DNA of 64,000 nt from Syntrophorhabdaceae bacterium (GTDB lineage: Bacteria; Desulfobacterota; Syntrophorhabdia; Syntrophorhabdales; Syntrophorhabdaceae), in NCBI GenBank assembly GCA_963666485.2, contig CAXXUO010000004.1, positions 32,001 to 96,000 of the forward strand, given 5' to 3'. Shown in pieces: positions 49,306 to 60,156 of the stretch (its first letter is position 1; each line of letters opens with the position of its first letter). The position numbers and the translations under genes are program-made. Below the pieces are notes generated by a model. The model saw only the letters and a program-made list of their open reading frames with translations, did no database searches and was not told the origin of the DNA.

Positions 49306-50178
49306 CTATCCGTTTTCCGCTGCGGAGATGATCTTTGCTACCCCGTCCCTGAAATGAGTGAAACCGGGATCTAGTCTATTCTTGAGCAACGATATGTCGG
49401 CAATAAAATTGGTATTGCGGAACCAGGCGGATTCCTCGATCGACTGATTCCTGCCCAAAAATTCCGCCATCGTCACTGCTATCTTCCTGATGCTCAGGAT
49501 CTCGTCGCTCGCCACATTCATGAGCGGGATATCACGCTCCCGGATCACGGAATGAAACACTTTCAGCAGATCGTCGACGTAACAGAGAGATATCTTCAGT
49601 CCGTCGTTATCTTGCGGATCTTCGGGGTTTTTCTCCACAAAGATCGTCTTGCCATTCATAACCATCTCCATGATCATCGGAATGAGCTTGCCCTTTTGGC
49701 CCGGGCCATACACACCGAACAATCTGAGAATGCTGACATGCATGTCGCGTCTGAAAAGGGACAGTGACTCTTCGGCGTGTATTTTACTCAAGGCGTACCA
49801 GTCATCCCGGCGCAGTGCATGCGCCTCCGATAAAGGCTGGAAGCTCGGGGAATAGACGTTTCCGGTAGACGTGTAGATGAAATGTTCCACGTTTTGCCTT
49901 CTGGACAATTCGGCTACCCTGATCGCCCCGACCACATTCATGTTCATCAGATGCCAGGACATGGACGGAACATCCCGGTAATAAGGGGATTGCGCGAGAT
50001 AGATAACCGTTTTCGTGTCCGGGGGAAGCTGAAAGGCATCGGACAAGACCCCGGTCTTCCTATCAATTCCGGGAGAATCCGCTACCGACAATCCATGGAC
50101 AACGAACCCTGCATCACGCAGGTAAGCACTTAATTTTGTGCCAATATATCCGCATGACCCAACAATAAAAATACTCAT
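49306..50178 (-). CDS. NAD-dependent epimerase/dehydratase (SDR)
   Basis: Start MSIFIVGSCGYIG (50178). Motifs TSTGNVY, YALSK and LRLFGVYGPGQ. Confidence 0.85.
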   Translation of the reverse strand: MSIFIVGSCGYIGTKLSAYLRDAGFVVHGLSVADSPGIDRKTGVLSDAFQLPPDTKTVIYLAQSPYYRDVPSMSWHLMNMNVVGAIRVAELSRRQNVEHFIYTSTGNVYSPSFQPLSEAHALRRDDWYALSKIHAEESLSLFRRDMHVSILRLFGVYGPGQKGKLIPMIMEMVMNGKTIFVEKNPEDPQDNDGLKISLCYVDDLLKVFHSVIRERDIPLMNVASDEILSIRKIAVTMAEFLGRNQSIEESAWFRNTNFIADISLLKNRLDPGFTHFRDGVAKIISAAENG

Positions 50179-50221
50179 TTCAACTTCCTTTTCACGGTTT
50201 ATTTCAGGTCTGCTCAGGGTC

Positions 50222-50827
50222 CTATGCCCCATATCCTCCGGACTTCCCGAAAAGCCCCTCTTCAACGTACCCGCATACTATATGCCCGATAAGTATATGC
50301 GCCTCCTGTATCCTCGGGGTGCTCGCCGACGGTACACATATACAGTGGTCCGACCTCTTCGCCATCTCACTGTCTTTCTTATCCCCCGTCAATCCAATGG
50401 TCGCCATGCCCGCCGCTTTCGCCGCATCGAGAGCTTTCAGAATATTTCTCGAACTTCCGCTCGTCGATATACCAAGCAGGACATCTCCCGGTTGGCCCTT
50501 TGCTTCTATCTGCCGCGCAAATACCCGATCAAAATCATAGTCGTTCGCGATTGCTGTCAACGAAGAAGTGTTGACCGTCAGAGACTCCGCATCAAGACCT
50601 TTTCGCTCGAGCATAAACCTGCTGACAAATTCGGTCGCTATATGCTGCGCATCGGCAGCGCTCCCACCATTGCCGCAGATCAGAAGTTTCTTACCCGATA
50701 GAAAAGCCTTCAAGAGTATTTCGGCCATTTTTACAATATCCCGGGTCAATTCGGGTTCACTCAAAATCGAGTTTATGACCCGGGCATGTTCGGTAATTTC
50801 ACTGTGCACATATTTTGCCGCATCCAT
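50222..50827 (-). CDS. gmhA: D-sedoheptulose 7-phosphate isomerase
   Basis: Motifs CGNGGSAADAQH, TAIANDY, ISTSGSS and RIQEAH. Confidence 0.95.
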   Translation of the reverse strand: MDAAKYVHSEITEHARVINSILSEPELTRDIVKMAEILLKAFLSGKKLLICGNGGSAADAQHIATEFVSRFMLERKGLDAESLTVNTSSLTAIANDYDFDRVFARQIEAKGQPGDVLLGISTSGSSRNILKALDAAKAAGMATIGLTGDKKDSEMAKRSDHCICVPSASTPRIQEAHILIGHIVCGYVEEGLFGKSGGYGA

Positions 50828-50847
50828 TATGGCTCCTCACTGATTTA

Positions 50848-51867
50848 TTACTGATCGAGTTTCGCGGTCAATCCCTGTTTCTTTTTGAGAAATGTCATCG
50901 TATAGATCACTTCCTTCAGGGAATAAACATAGCGGGTATCGGACAACAGAAAAATGACACCGGCGACCAAATATATTCCAATGCCAATCACGTAATAACT
51001 TATCGAAAAGGTCAGGGCATCTGTTTTTGAGATGTGATACACCGCCAGGGCCACAATGCAGCTATATTGAAAGGTACCCAGAAAACCCGGTGCCGACGGA
51101 ACGCTTATCCCGAACATGCTGATGAGCAAGACAAAAAATGCTGCAAATATCGACAAAGATAAATTATGCGCCAAAAAGAGAAAATATATTGCGAAACCCG
51201 AAAACATCCAGATCAGGACCGACAAGAAAAAAGTTGTCAGCAACTTCCATGGGTCTTTGATTATTGTAAAACCGTCCATAAAGTGCCGAATGTTATTCTC
51301 GATGAAAACTTTGATCTTTCCCGGTAGTCTGCGGCTGAAAAAGCGTATGGCACCGAATATCCTGTCGGGTTCGAAACATACCAGGAGAACGAACACGATC
51401 AAGACTGCAAATACCGCAACAAACATATATGTCGGCCGCTTCAGCCAGGGAAAGAACGTGGTCTGCATCAGGACAAGGAAGAGCAGGGATATCAGCACCA
51501 GGCAATCAAACACACGCTCTATAAAAATGACCGCAAGGGTCGAGCTGAACGGCACCTTTCCGTCGACGCTTATCAGGTAAGGCCGTACAAACTCGCCCAT
51601 GCGCAGTGGGAACAGTATGATCGACATGAAGCCCACACTCGTGATCCCCAGAAGGCTTTTCCCGCTCAGCCGGACTATGGGCGATACGATGACGCCCAAC
51701 CTTACCGAGCGTAAAACCAAAACGGCTAAAAAACACAGGACGGCGGGTGCCAGGAACACATAGCGGAAGTCCCGCGCACCCCTGTATATCTCATCAAATT
51801 TGATGTCCTTGACCGCAAAGAAAACGAGCACCGCGCTTACGAGAACGCTTATGATGATCTTCTTCAT
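50848..51867 (-). CDS. LPG-synthase-TM/UPF0104 flippase-like membrane protein
   Basis: Motifs PLRMGEFVRPY, IFIERVFD and PSAPGFLGTFQ, with about 8 TM segments. Start MKKII at 51867. Confidence 0.85.
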   Translation of the reverse strand: MKKIIISVLVSAVLVFFAVKDIKFDEIYRGARDFRYVFLAPAVLCFLAVLVLRSVRLGVIVSPIVRLSGKSLLGITSVGFMSIILFPLRMGEFVRPYLISVDGKVPFSSTLAVIFIERVFDCLVLISLLFLVLMQTTFFPWLKRPTYMFVAVFAVLIVFVLLVCFEPDRIFGAIRFFSRRLPGKIKVFIENNIRHFMDGFTIIKDPWKLLTTFFLSVLIWMFSGFAIYFLFLAHNLSLSIFAAFFVLLISMFGISVPSAPGFLGTFQYSCIVALAVYHISKTDALTFSISYYVIGIGIYLVAGVIFLLSDTRYVYSLKEVIYTMTFLKKKQGLTAKLDQ

Positions 51868-52415
51868 TTGTCTCTGGTCATCCCCAATATGTAGCGCGCG
51901 ATATCCCACCAGTCCTTTGCAGCAAAATCAGCGTCCTCAAGGTCGACTATCTCATCATCCGTAAGTGAGATATGTATGGTCCGACATCCTGCATTTTTAC
52001 CCGCCAGCAGGTCGGTCTCTTTATCGCCTATCATGAATGAATTGCCGACATCGAGGTCAAACTCCCGGACAGCGCTGAGAATCATACCCGGCATCGGTTT
52101 CCGGCATTCGCACTTATCCTCAGGGGTATGGACACAATAGTAATATGATGTCAGGCTAACCCCGTGCTCGGCCAGCAACGACTCGAGCTTCTGCTGTATT
52201 TTTTCGAGCTCATGGGTTTCGATCAAACCTCGGCCTACCCCTGACTGGTTGCTTATAAGGATTAATTTATAGCCGTGATGCTGCAATTCAGCAAGGCATT
52301 CACCAGCGCCCGCTGCAAGTTTTACCTTTTCATGGTTCGCGAGATATGGAATGTCCTCGATGATCGTGCCGTCACGGTCCATGAATATTGCCTTTTCTCC
52401 TTTTTTACCTGCCAT
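51864..52415 (-). CDS. gmhB: D,D-heptose 1,7-bisphosphate phosphatase (HAD IIIA)
   Basis: Motifs FMDRDGTI, SNQSGVGRG, C-x-H...CECRKPMPGM and MIGDKETD. Confidence 0.92.
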   Translation of the reverse strand: MAGKKGEKAIFMDRDGTIIEDIPYLANHEKVKLAAGAGECLAELQHHGYKLILISNQSGVGRGLIETHELEKIQQKLESLLAEHGVSLTSYYYCVHTPEDKCECRKPMPGMILSAVREFDLDVGNSFMIGDKETDLLAGKNAGCRTIHISLTDDEIVDLEDADFAAKDWWDIARYILGMTRDK

Positions 52416-52425
52416 ACGAAGCCCG

Positions 52426-53973
52426 TTATTCCGCCTGCAACTTTCTTCTCCTTACAATGGCCCGCACATCACCAGCCATTCCTGCAAGGAGAAGAACAAA
52501 AGACAGATAATTCGCGAAAACAACAGCCTGCGGCATCCTGAGTTCGCCGACCGTGAACAGGGAAACTCCCAGGATATGGAGAAATGTGAATGAAGACATG
52601 AAGAAGCTGATAAAATAGATGTCTTTTCTTAAACTCGTGACCAGCAGAATCAATGAGCCTATTATCGTAAACAATAATGCGTATCCCCATTTCCCGGACA
52701 TGAAATAAGATCTGTATCCTTGCAACAGCATCAAATAAGCCTGGCCCGCAAGAGATGGGACTATGGTCACCGTAGAGCCGTTTACTTTATATTTGTCCAG
52801 ACCGGCTGCGTCACCGTATTCCTTGAGAATATAATGCCGGGGATTAACTTTGTCATATGATCGTTCAACGAAAATAATTTTATAAATATCCTGCAGATGT
52901 CCGAGGTAATCGATATCCATATTACTGTAGGAAAACATTTGCCGGTACATATTGAAGAGAACGATCTTTTTGTAGGTCGACGGATGGACTTTGATAGCAT
53001 TTAAGGCCACCGCCTTGTTGATCTTAAATATCTCCGATTTCGTCGAGGCAGCAGCAGCGAGGGGCTGCCATATCCTGTCACACGCGAAATATTTATGGTA
53101 CGGCCCGAAGAACTTGTCCATATCCCAAGAATTCAATATTATTTCCCGGTCACCGGGATCAATGAAGCTATTGATCTTTCCAATCGCCTCATTCCAGGAA
53201 TCCGGGAACGTCTGGTTCTTCTCGAGGAACGATCCAGTTGTAATGCTCAAAGTAAGTGACGAGCCGCTGGAAAATGTAAAATCCCCGTAATCCCGCCAGT
53301 TATAAAAATACACCGGCAGTACCAGTATTATGGGCGGAATAACAAGCAGTAACAGTTTTCTTATGGCTTCCTTGTTGAAAAAGAACTGGTAGCCGGCAGC
53401 GACAAATAACATGGGTAATAGCACCATACCCGTGGGCCTGAAGTATATCGACATGCCACAGAATACGGCCGACAGGCAGTACAAGGCAGCTCGCCTGTAT
53501 TTAAAGGCAAGCATCAAAAATGCAAAACAGAGCATGATGCTGCTAGAATACAGGCTATCGGTAAGTATAGCGCAATCCATGATCGTCTTGGTCCCGCTGA
53601 CCTGAAAAGCGGCAAGACATACCGCGCCCGGCAATGAAGCGTAAGGGCTTAATGCGTATACGGACAATATCAGAGTCACGCTTGCCGCAAACGAAATCAA
53701 TACCTGGAGCGTGACCGCAAATGACCAGCTATCCTTCATAAGTCCGGCAAGCCACAGAAAAACCGGGTAGCCCAAAGTTCTGTATGAAAGATCCAGGGCC
53801 TGCCCTGTTTCTATGAAAAAAGCCATCTGGATATAATTAGTTGAATCCGGTTGAATACTCGCAAGGGATGAATAGTGGTAAAAGGGATGCCGGGCGATAG
53901 CGAATATAACGGTAAACAACGCCAGCGACAAGCAAAGCAGAACGATTCGTTTGCGTCCGACGATTACGTTCAT
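52426..53973 (-). CDS. Multi-TM GT-C-like glycosyltransferase
   Basis: Motifs QPDSTNY, YRTLGYPVFL, ILTDSL and FRPTG, with a large periplasmic loop. Confidence 0.65.
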   Translation of the reverse strand: MNVIVGRKRIVLLCLSLALFTVIFAIARHPFYHYSSLASIQPDSTNYIQMAFFIETGQALDLSYRTLGYPVFLWLAGLMKDSWSFAVTLQVLISFAASVTLILSVYALSPYASLPGAVCLAAFQVSGTKTIMDCAILTDSLYSSSIMLCFAFLMLAFKYRRAALYCLSAVFCGMSIYFRPTGMVLLPMLFVAAGYQFFFNKEAIRKLLLLVIPPIILVLPVYFYNWRDYGDFTFSSGSSLTLSITTGSFLEKNQTFPDSWNEAIGKINSFIDPGDREIILNSWDMDKFFGPYHKYFACDRIWQPLAAAASTKSEIFKINKAVALNAIKVHPSTYKKIVLFNMYRQMFSYSNMDIDYLGHLQDIYKIIFVERSYDKVNPRHYILKEYGDAAGLDKYKVNGSTVTIVPSLAGQAYLMLLQGYRSYFMSGKWGYALLFTIIGSLILLVTSLRKDIYFISFFMSSFTFLHILGVSLFTVGELRMPQAVVFANYLSFVLLLAGMAGDVRAIVRRRKLQAE

Positions 53974-53976
53974 ATT

Positions 53977-54657
53977 TCAGTTTAACTTTTCATCGATCAG
54001 CGTTCTCACTATAGCCCACCCTGCCCTGATCTTGGGGACTTTGACCTCTCCACCGATCCGTTTATGTTCCGTTCCCGGGATCTCAATAATTTTAAGACCT
54101 TTCTTGATAGCACGAAGGAGAAGGATCTGACCCCACGTCCTCTCCCCGTTATCGATATCCAGGGCGCTGATAAGATCCCGTCGAAAACCTAGATACGTGT
54201 AAAGAAAATCGGTGAATTTGAACGGGAACATAATACTTGTCACCCTGGTGAAAAGCCAGTTCGCAAACCCCGTGGCTATGTTGTCATCATGGCTCCTGTT
54301 GCGGTTCATATACCGGGACACGTTGACCAGATCATAACCTTCTTCTTTTATCTTGTGCGTTATGATCGGGATCTGCTCGGGCTCAAAACTCCCGTCCGGG
54401 GCGTAAATGATGATTATGTCCCCGCTGACCTTGCGGACCGCTTCATTAAGAGCCGCGCCCACACCCCTTTCTTTTTGTATGAAATAGTCGTACCCGTTAT
54501 CCTTGCAGTATTCTATCGTGCCGTCGGTCGATCCCCCGTCCACAACGATCAACTCATCATACCACTCTTTCCTGATCAGGGGCATCATTGCCCTCATCCC
54601 GTCTATTTCATTGATCTCAAAGACTATTATGGACACGCTTGTACCGTTCTTGCCCAA
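53977..54657 (-). CDS. GT2 polyprenol-phosphate glycosyltransferase (DPM1/GtrB-like)
   Basis: TTG start after GGGAGG. Motifs INEIDG, VVDGGSTDGT, G..A.NEA, PDGS, SRY and EIPGTEHKRIGGE. Short soluble catalytic domain. Confidence 0.8.
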   Translation of the reverse strand: MGKNGTSVSIIVFEINEIDGMRAMMPLIRKEWYDELIVVDGGSTDGTIEYCKDNGYDYFIQKERGVGAALNEAVRKVSGDIIIIYAPDGSFEPEQIPIITHKIKEEGYDLVNVSRYMNRNRSHDDNIATGFANWLFTRVTSIMFPFKFTDFLYTYLGFRRDLISALDIDNGERTWGQILLLRAIKKGLKIIEIPGTEHKRIGGEVKVPKIRAGWAIVRTLIDEKLN

Positions 54658-54682
54658 TAAAACCTCCCGAATGTGCCTAAAT

Positions 54683-55678
54683 TTATGAAAAATCCTGCGT
54701 AGCGTACAGAATGACCTGGGTTCCCAGGTTTTCGAACCGGAACGGAACATACAGGATATCCTTCAAAATGTTTTTCACGTCATCCCGTTTCTCCGGAGGG
54801 ACAAACAGGAGCATGAAACCCCCACCGCCCGCACCAAGAAGCTTTCCCCCAATTGCGCCTGCACGTCTTGCCGCATCGTACATCTCATCGATCTTGCCTG
54901 TTGTTATGTACTGAGTAAGATCCTTTTTGAGCAGCCACGATTCGTGCAGGAGTGAACCGAATTCCTTGATGTCGCCATTGCTGTTCAGTATATCTACGGC
55001 CTGATCGACCATCTGGTGCATGGTTTTAAGTTCGATCGCTTTTTTCGGGGTGTTCTTGATCTGCTCATGAGCGATATCCGACGCATTCCGCGAAAAACCC
55101 GTAAAGAACAGCATAAGATGGTCCTGCAAAGAGTTCAGTTTATCGCCGCTGATCGTCATCGGATAAACATAAAATTCAGTCTCGCTCCCGAATTCTATCT
55201 TGTTGAACCCCCCGAACGCCACCGACACCTGGTCCTGCGATCCCACATTTTCCTGGATTATGTTCTGCTCCACATGGATGGCCTCCCTGCCGAGCTGCCT
55301 TTTCGTGACCATCTGTCCCTTTAGCGCGTAAAGAGCATTGAGAAGTCCTACCGTGAACGATGAACTGGAACCGATTCCCGATCGTGCCGGGATGTCGCTC
55401 GTATGCACCATCTCAACACCCTTTTCGATGTTGAGATACTCGAGACATGCCCTAACCGAGGGGTGAACGATCTCCTGCGTGCTGTTTCGCTCTTCCCGAA
55501 CAGAATACCGGATGAGGTGCTTCATGTTGAAGAAGGGCGGCAGATACCGGCAATTGATATAACAGTACTTGTTTATGGTCGTACTCAGGACTGCCCCCCC
55601 ATTTTCCCGATACCAGACAGGGTAATCCGTGCCGCCCCCGAAGAATGACACCCGGAATGGGGTTCGTGTTATGATCAT
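54683..55678 (-). CDS. hddA: D-glycero-D-manno-heptose 7-phosphate 1-kinase (GHMP)
   Basis: Motifs TPFRVSFFGGGTD, PARSGIGSSS, GSQDQ and GGKLLGAGGGGF. Confidence 0.9.
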   Translation of the reverse strand: MIITRTPFRVSFFGGGTDYPVWYRENGGAVLSTTINKYCYINCRYLPPFFNMKHLIRYSVREERNSTQEIVHPSVRACLEYLNIEKGVEMVHTSDIPARSGIGSSSSFTVGLLNALYALKGQMVTKRQLGREAIHVEQNIIQENVGSQDQVSVAFGGFNKIEFGSETEFYVYPMTISGDKLNSLQDHLMLFFTGFSRNASDIAHEQIKNTPKKAIELKTMHQMVDQAVDILNSNGDIKEFGSLLHESWLLKKDLTQYITTGKIDEMYDAARRAGAIGGKLLGAGGGGFMLLFVPPEKRDDVKNILKDILYVPFRFENLGTQVILYATQDFS

Positions 55679-55690
55679 CTTACCGCCTCC

Positions 55691-56209
55691 TCAATCCACG
55701 TATTGGCCAAGCTCGTCACGCCGGGACAGGATCGGGTTATGAATGGGCCACCAGACATTGAACCTGGGCTCATTCCACGTGTAGCTGAACTGGGCCTTCG
55801 GATTGTAATACGTTGACTGTTTATAGTGAAATATGGCTGAATCGCTCAGTATCAGATGCCCGTTACCGAAATTAGGCGGTATCAGTATCTGCCTGTGATT
55901 ACGGTCGGACAGGACAAAAGCGTCCCATTTACCGAAATCCGGTGATCCTTCGACGCAATTGACAACTGCAAGGTAAAGTTTCCCATACGGACACGTAATG
56001 AGTTTCCATGTTTCTTTATCACCATGAAGGCCGCGCAGCACATGTTTCGTGGAACACGAGTAGTCGTCTTGTATGAACCTGATCTTTATGCCGGCTTCAA
56101 AATAATCTTGTTCATTGTAAGTTTCGACGTATTCCCCCCTGTGGTCTTCAAAACCCTCCAGCCAGACCGATAGAACACCATCCAGTTTGGTCTTCTCAAC
56201 TTTTATCAT
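55691..56209 (-). CDS. RmlC-family NDP-4-keto-sugar 3,5-epimerase (Cj1430/MlghB-like in this context)
   Basis: Motifs FEDHRG, VLRGLHGD, IPPNFGNGH and FHYKQS. Confidence 0.85.
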   Translation of the reverse strand: MIKVEKTKLDGVLSVWLEGFEDHRGEYVETYNEQDYFEAGIKIRFIQDDYSCSTKHVLRGLHGDKETWKLITCPYGKLYLAVVNCVEGSPDFGKWDAFVLSDRNHRQILIPPNFGNGHLILSDSAIFHYKQSTYYNPKAQFSYTWNEPRFNVWWPIHNPILSRRDELGQYVD

Positions 56210-56255
56210 AATGTCACCTCTGAATTGAATTCATGAAAATGCAAGGCAGGCGCGC

Positions 56256-57182
56256 CTAGATCGGCCGCCAGACAACGTACGATAGCGCATCATCATACAT
56301 ATTACCGAATTTATGATAATGGCTCGCGATGATCTTTATCCGCCCGTCCTTCTCAAAGTCCCTCAGCGCTGTGAGATACCCGCTGAGATAGTTTCTTTTT
56401 CGGTGGTACTGCAGAGCCAGGAAAGACAACAGGTTATCGGGGTCATAAAATTCGTGGAGGCACTCCACATTCATACATATCGCAGGCTTATTCCTTAAAA
56501 GGAAATTCAGAAATTCCCCGTGCTTATCCCCGATCTGTTCCAGCGCGCCGAACGTGAAGACCGCACTATCCCTTTCGAGAACAAGGTCACTGGCCGGCTC
56601 AAAAAAATCGAACCGTCTTCCGGTTATCCTGAACCCGAGTTCTTTCGATAAGACACCTATGATCTCCTGCGATGAGGTCGCCCAATCCAGACCAAATAAA
56701 TTCTTTTCCGGGTACAACCTCGCAAGATAGACTAAATGGTACGCGGGGCCGCAACCAAACTCGTAAATGTTCTGCGCACGTTCCAGGTATTTCCTGAAAA
56801 GCCATGTCCGGTAAACGTGAGTATAGTCGAAGACGAAATTGGGGGCCAGCGGCATGATGTATTTGAGGTTCAACCGCGCCGGGACATTCTTTTTAAAATA
56901 TTTTGGCACAAGATGATCAAAATCAAAATTCGACGCTACGAACTCCTCGAGATTCTCTCTCCACCCTGTTTCCCAGTCGCCCTGCCTTTCTTTGCCCGCG
57001 CGCCGCAGCCCGGTATCAAATATTCTTTCCAGAACCTCGAGAAGGAGTTTGTCCCGGGCCTCGCCTGCTATCTCCTCGTATTCAAAGTCGCGTGCCTTTA
57101 GGATATCCCCACAATATCGGGTTATTTCCTCGGGAGTGGTACCGAACAAAGAGGCAAAATCATCTACGGTTATGTTGGGCAT
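56256..57182 (-). CDS. Class I SAM-dependent methyltransferase
   Basis: Motifs IYEFGCGP, GLDWA and GALEQ. Confidence 0.7.
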   Translation of the reverse strand: MPNITVDDFASLFGTTPEEITRYCGDILKARDFEYEEIAGEARDKLLLEVLERIFDTGLRRAGKERQGDWETGWRENLEEFVASNFDFDHLVPKYFKKNVPARLNLKYIMPLAPNFVFDYTHVYRTWLFRKYLERAQNIYEFGCGPAYHLVYLARLYPEKNLFGLDWATSSQEIIGVLSKELGFRITGRRFDFFEPASDLVLERDSAVFTFGALEQIGDKHGEFLNFLLRNKPAICMNVECLHEFYDPDNLLSFLALQYHRKRNYLSGYLTALRDFEKDGRIKIIASHYHKFGNMYDDALSYVVWRPI

Positions 57183-57233
57183 TGTCTTATCCTGTTATTT
57201 GTTTTGGTACCTGGGTACACAAAAACTGTTTAT

Positions 57234-58181
57234 TTACGGTTCCCAGCGAACTATGGTCTTTAATATCCCTCTGAGGATCGAGATCCTCAGCTGCTCACGG
57301 GCTATTATCTGTGACAGATCGGATTGCTTTTGAGGCGTGCTCAATTTGTCGCACTCCCGGGGATATAAAGAGGTCCCGCTCGAGTGCTCGAGCACGGAGA
57401 GCATCTCGACCCAACGGCGGAATTCATGGAAAGAGTGGGTGATCGTGTCCACATATTCGAAATCCGCCTTCAGAGCATTATCGATACAGTAGCAGGCCTG
57501 AACGCTGTCGAACTCGGCGCCCCTTTCTCTGAGGGTATCGAGCCCTTTTGGAATAGAAACGTCAAACATTTTCCCGACCGTCGAGTTTATTCCTTTCCCT
57601 ATACTAAGAAAGGTCTTAAAGCATTCATCGACGCTCACGGTATTTTCTGCCGTATTTCCCTTAAATCCATACAGGATCTTGTATTCGTGCCGTGCATCCT
57701 TCAGCAATCCCTTCGATAACAGGGTATCCAGAAAAACTTTAACTGCGAAATGCGCTATACCGCCTCTTTCATCCGGGTCATAATCGTGAAACGCGACTGT
57801 CCCCTGCGGTGCAACAAGGGGGTACCAGGCATTGAAATCCTCGTAAATTCCGGTAAAGTTATGGTCGCCGTCTATATAGAGAAAATCTATGGGAACCCCA
57901 ATTTCATCTATCCATGTCCTCGCGAAATCGGACGAAGCCTTCCGCACCAAAATAACGTCGGTGTCTTTCAGATTCTTCCTTGCCCTGGTGCAGTCCAGAA
58001 TGTCAACAGTGTATATCTTCACATTCTTTCCGGCGGTTGTCTTGTGGTAGATAAAACTCGTACCGCCCATCGCTGTACCGATCTCGACTATGGTGCCATT
58101 CTCAGGCACGCCAGCCGCCAGGCGGCTCAGGACGTCCTGTTCTTCCTTCCAGACAAAGGCAAAATCAACTTTTTCCATCAT
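57234..58181 (-). CDS. SAM-dependent O-methyltransferase (Methyltransf_24-like)
   Basis: Motifs IVEIGTAMGGT, FLYIDGDH and GTVAFHDY. Confidence 0.8.
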   Translation of the reverse strand: MMEKVDFAFVWKEEQDVLSRLAAGVPENGTIVEIGTAMGGTSFIYHKTTAGKNVKIYTVDILDCTRARKNLKDTDVILVRKASSDFARTWIDEIGVPIDFLYIDGDHNFTGIYEDFNAWYPLVAPQGTVAFHDYDPDERGGIAHFAVKVFLDTLLSKGLLKDARHEYKILYGFKGNTAENTVSVDECFKTFLSIGKGINSTVGKMFDVSIPKGLDTLRERGAEFDSVQACYCIDNALKADFEYVDTITHSFHEFRRWVEMLSVLEHSSGTSLYPRECDKLSTPQKQSDLSQIIAREQLRISILRGILKTIVRWEP

Positions 58182-59160
58182 CTTTCACTTTCTGAAATGA
58201 TCTGTCGTAGAAGAGGTCTTCATTTTCTTTATAGATATCCTGGACCTTCTTTATCTCATCCTGCGCCAGCGGGAGCATATCGGATGCGCCGGCATTCTCG
58301 AGCACTTCGGAGACGTTCATCATTCCCGGTATAACCGTTGAAACCGGATCAAATCCGAGGCAGAACCTCAAGGCAGCCTGCGCAGGGGTCTGACGACTGT
58401 TCTCGAAGAGGAACGAAAAAAGCTCAGGCGCCTTCGCCCATCTCTTCAGCTGATCCTTCGGCCAGTTTTTCCTGTGATCGGTCTCTTCGAAGTCTTCGTT
58501 CCCTTTCAATCTTCCGGCCAGGTACCCGAACGTCAGGGGCGTACGGACAATTACACCGATCCCGTCCCTGTTCGCCCGGTCGAAAAGACCATTAGTTACG
58601 GCGCGCTGATCGATCATGTTGAAGTTTACCTCCACTATCCGGAAACCGAATTCTTCGACAGCTTTTATGGCATCCTGAGGAGTGCGGGCCGATATTCCGT
58701 AGGTCTTGATCTTACCCCTCTTCTTGAACATTTCGAGCGTATCCAGGACACTTCTGTTTGCCTCGATATCTTCGAGCCTGGGACTGTGCAAGAGATACAA
58801 GTCGATGTAATCGGTCTTGAGCCGCTTCAGGCTGGCTTCCAGGGCGTCCGTAATATGTCTCGACGAAAAATCTTGCGGCATGACAAACGTCGTGTGCGGA
58901 AGCGTCCCCCCCTTGGTCGTAATCACGATCTTGCCGCGGTCATTGCCCGAAAAAACCTCACCCAGCAATTCCTCGGCGTGCCCATCCCCGTAGAGATCGG
59001 CTGTGTCATAAAAGGTGATGCCCTTCTCAAGGGCAACTCTGAGTGCCCTTCTCGATTCATCATCATCGGTGCTCCCATAAGCGGTGCCACCTATACCCCA
59101 TGTGCCGAAACCGATCTCAGACACGGTTAGTCCCGAATCACCAAGCTGCCTGTATTTCAT
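58165..59160 (-). CDS. Aldo/keto reductase
   Basis: Motifs VSEIGFGTWGIGG, DTADLYG, TKGG, SLKRLKTDYIDLYLLH and VIPG. Confidence 0.92.
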   Translation of the reverse strand: MKYRQLGDSGLTVSEIGFGTWGIGGTAYGSTDDDESRRALRVALEKGITFYDTADLYGDGHAEELLGEVFSGNDRGKIVITTKGGTLPHTTFVMPQDFSSRHITDALEASLKRLKTDYIDLYLLHSPRLEDIEANRSVLDTLEMFKKRGKIKTYGISARTPQDAIKAVEEFGFRIVEVNFNMIDQRAVTNGLFDRANRDGIGVIVRTPLTFGYLAGRLKGNEDFEETDHRKNWPKDQLKRWAKAPELFSFLFENSRQTPAQAALRFCLGFDPVSTVIPGMMNVSEVLENAGASDMLPLAQDEIKKVQDIYKENEDLFYDRSFQKVKDDGKS

Positions 59161-59175
59161 CCTATTTGACGCTCC

Positions 59176-60156
59176 TTATCCCAATCCTGATTTACCGTAA
59201 AGCCGGATCGCATCGGGATTCGATCTTTGTTGTTTGCAAAACCATTCTATCGTTTTCTTAAGGCCGGCACTGAACGGCGTGTACTCGAAGTTCGATAGTT
59301 TCAGAAAAGCCGAATTGTCCGTGTTCTTGCGAAAGATCCCCTTCGGCTTCGTCGTATCGAAGGCTATCCGTTTCCGGTCTACCCCCAGCTCATCAGCTAT
59401 CATGTAGGCGATATCGCTGACGGAGTTCTCTTCCGTCGAGCTGATGTTCAGGACGCGTGCCTCGTTGTAATTCTCGAGGGCCCAAAAATATATCCTGGCC
59501 AGGTCTTGAGCATAGCTGTATTCCCTGAGCGGCGTCCCGTCACCCCAGATAATGATCGGTTCGTCGTTATCCCTACTTTCGTAGAAACGCCGTATAAGAG
59601 AAGGGACCATATTCGCGTCTTCGTAATTGAAATTGTCGTTCTCCCCAAATATGCCCCCGGGCACAAGCCCTATCACGTTAAGGCCATATTCTTCACGATA
59701 TCCCCGGATGGCCGGGTCTATCAGTCTCTTCGCGAAAGATGACCCGTAGTTCGATTCGTGGGGATACCCGTCATGGATCGACTCCTCCTTCAATGGCAGC
59801 GGCGCGTTGACCGGGTACATCCCCGTTGTCAGCGTCATGATCGTCTTCTTCACACCGCACTTCCGGGCCGCCTCGAGGATCCCGAACGTCATGAGGGTAT
59901 TGTCACGAAGAAGAGTGGCGGGGTGCTTTGTGCTCAGCCCTATCCCCCCACTGATGGCCGCCAGGTGGAATACCGCATCCGGGCGATACCTGCTGAACAG
60001 ATCATACGTCGCCGGGAGGTCCCTGAGATCGCAATCGGACGATCTCAAGAAAAAAAATTCATACTGCGGATACTCCGGGCTTATGGCGCGAACAGCTGTT
60101 CCGAGGACCGCCGAAGAACCCGTCACAAGTATTTTCCCGTATTCAGAACTAGACAT
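59176..60156 (-). CDS. GDP-L-fucose-synthase-like SDR reductase (Fcl/Cj1428-like)
   Basis: Motifs HLAAISGGI, DNT, SNYGSSFAKR, DNF and IWGDGTPLRE. Confidence 0.82.
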   Translation of the reverse strand: MSSSEYGKILVTGSSAVLGTAVRAISPEYPQYEFFFLRSSDCDLRDLPATYDLFSRYRPDAVFHLAAISGGIGLSTKHPATLLRDNTLMTFGILEAARKCGVKKTIMTLTTGMYPVNAPLPLKEESIHDGYPHESNYGSSFAKRLIDPAIRGYREEYGLNVIGLVPGGIFGENDNFNYEDANMVPSLIRRFYESRDNDEPIIIWGDGTPLREYSYAQDLARIYFWALENYNEARVLNISSTEENSVSDIAYMIADELGVDRKRIAFDTTKPKGIFRKNTDNSAFLKLSNFEYTPFSAGLKKTIEWFCKQQRSNPDAIRLYGKSGLG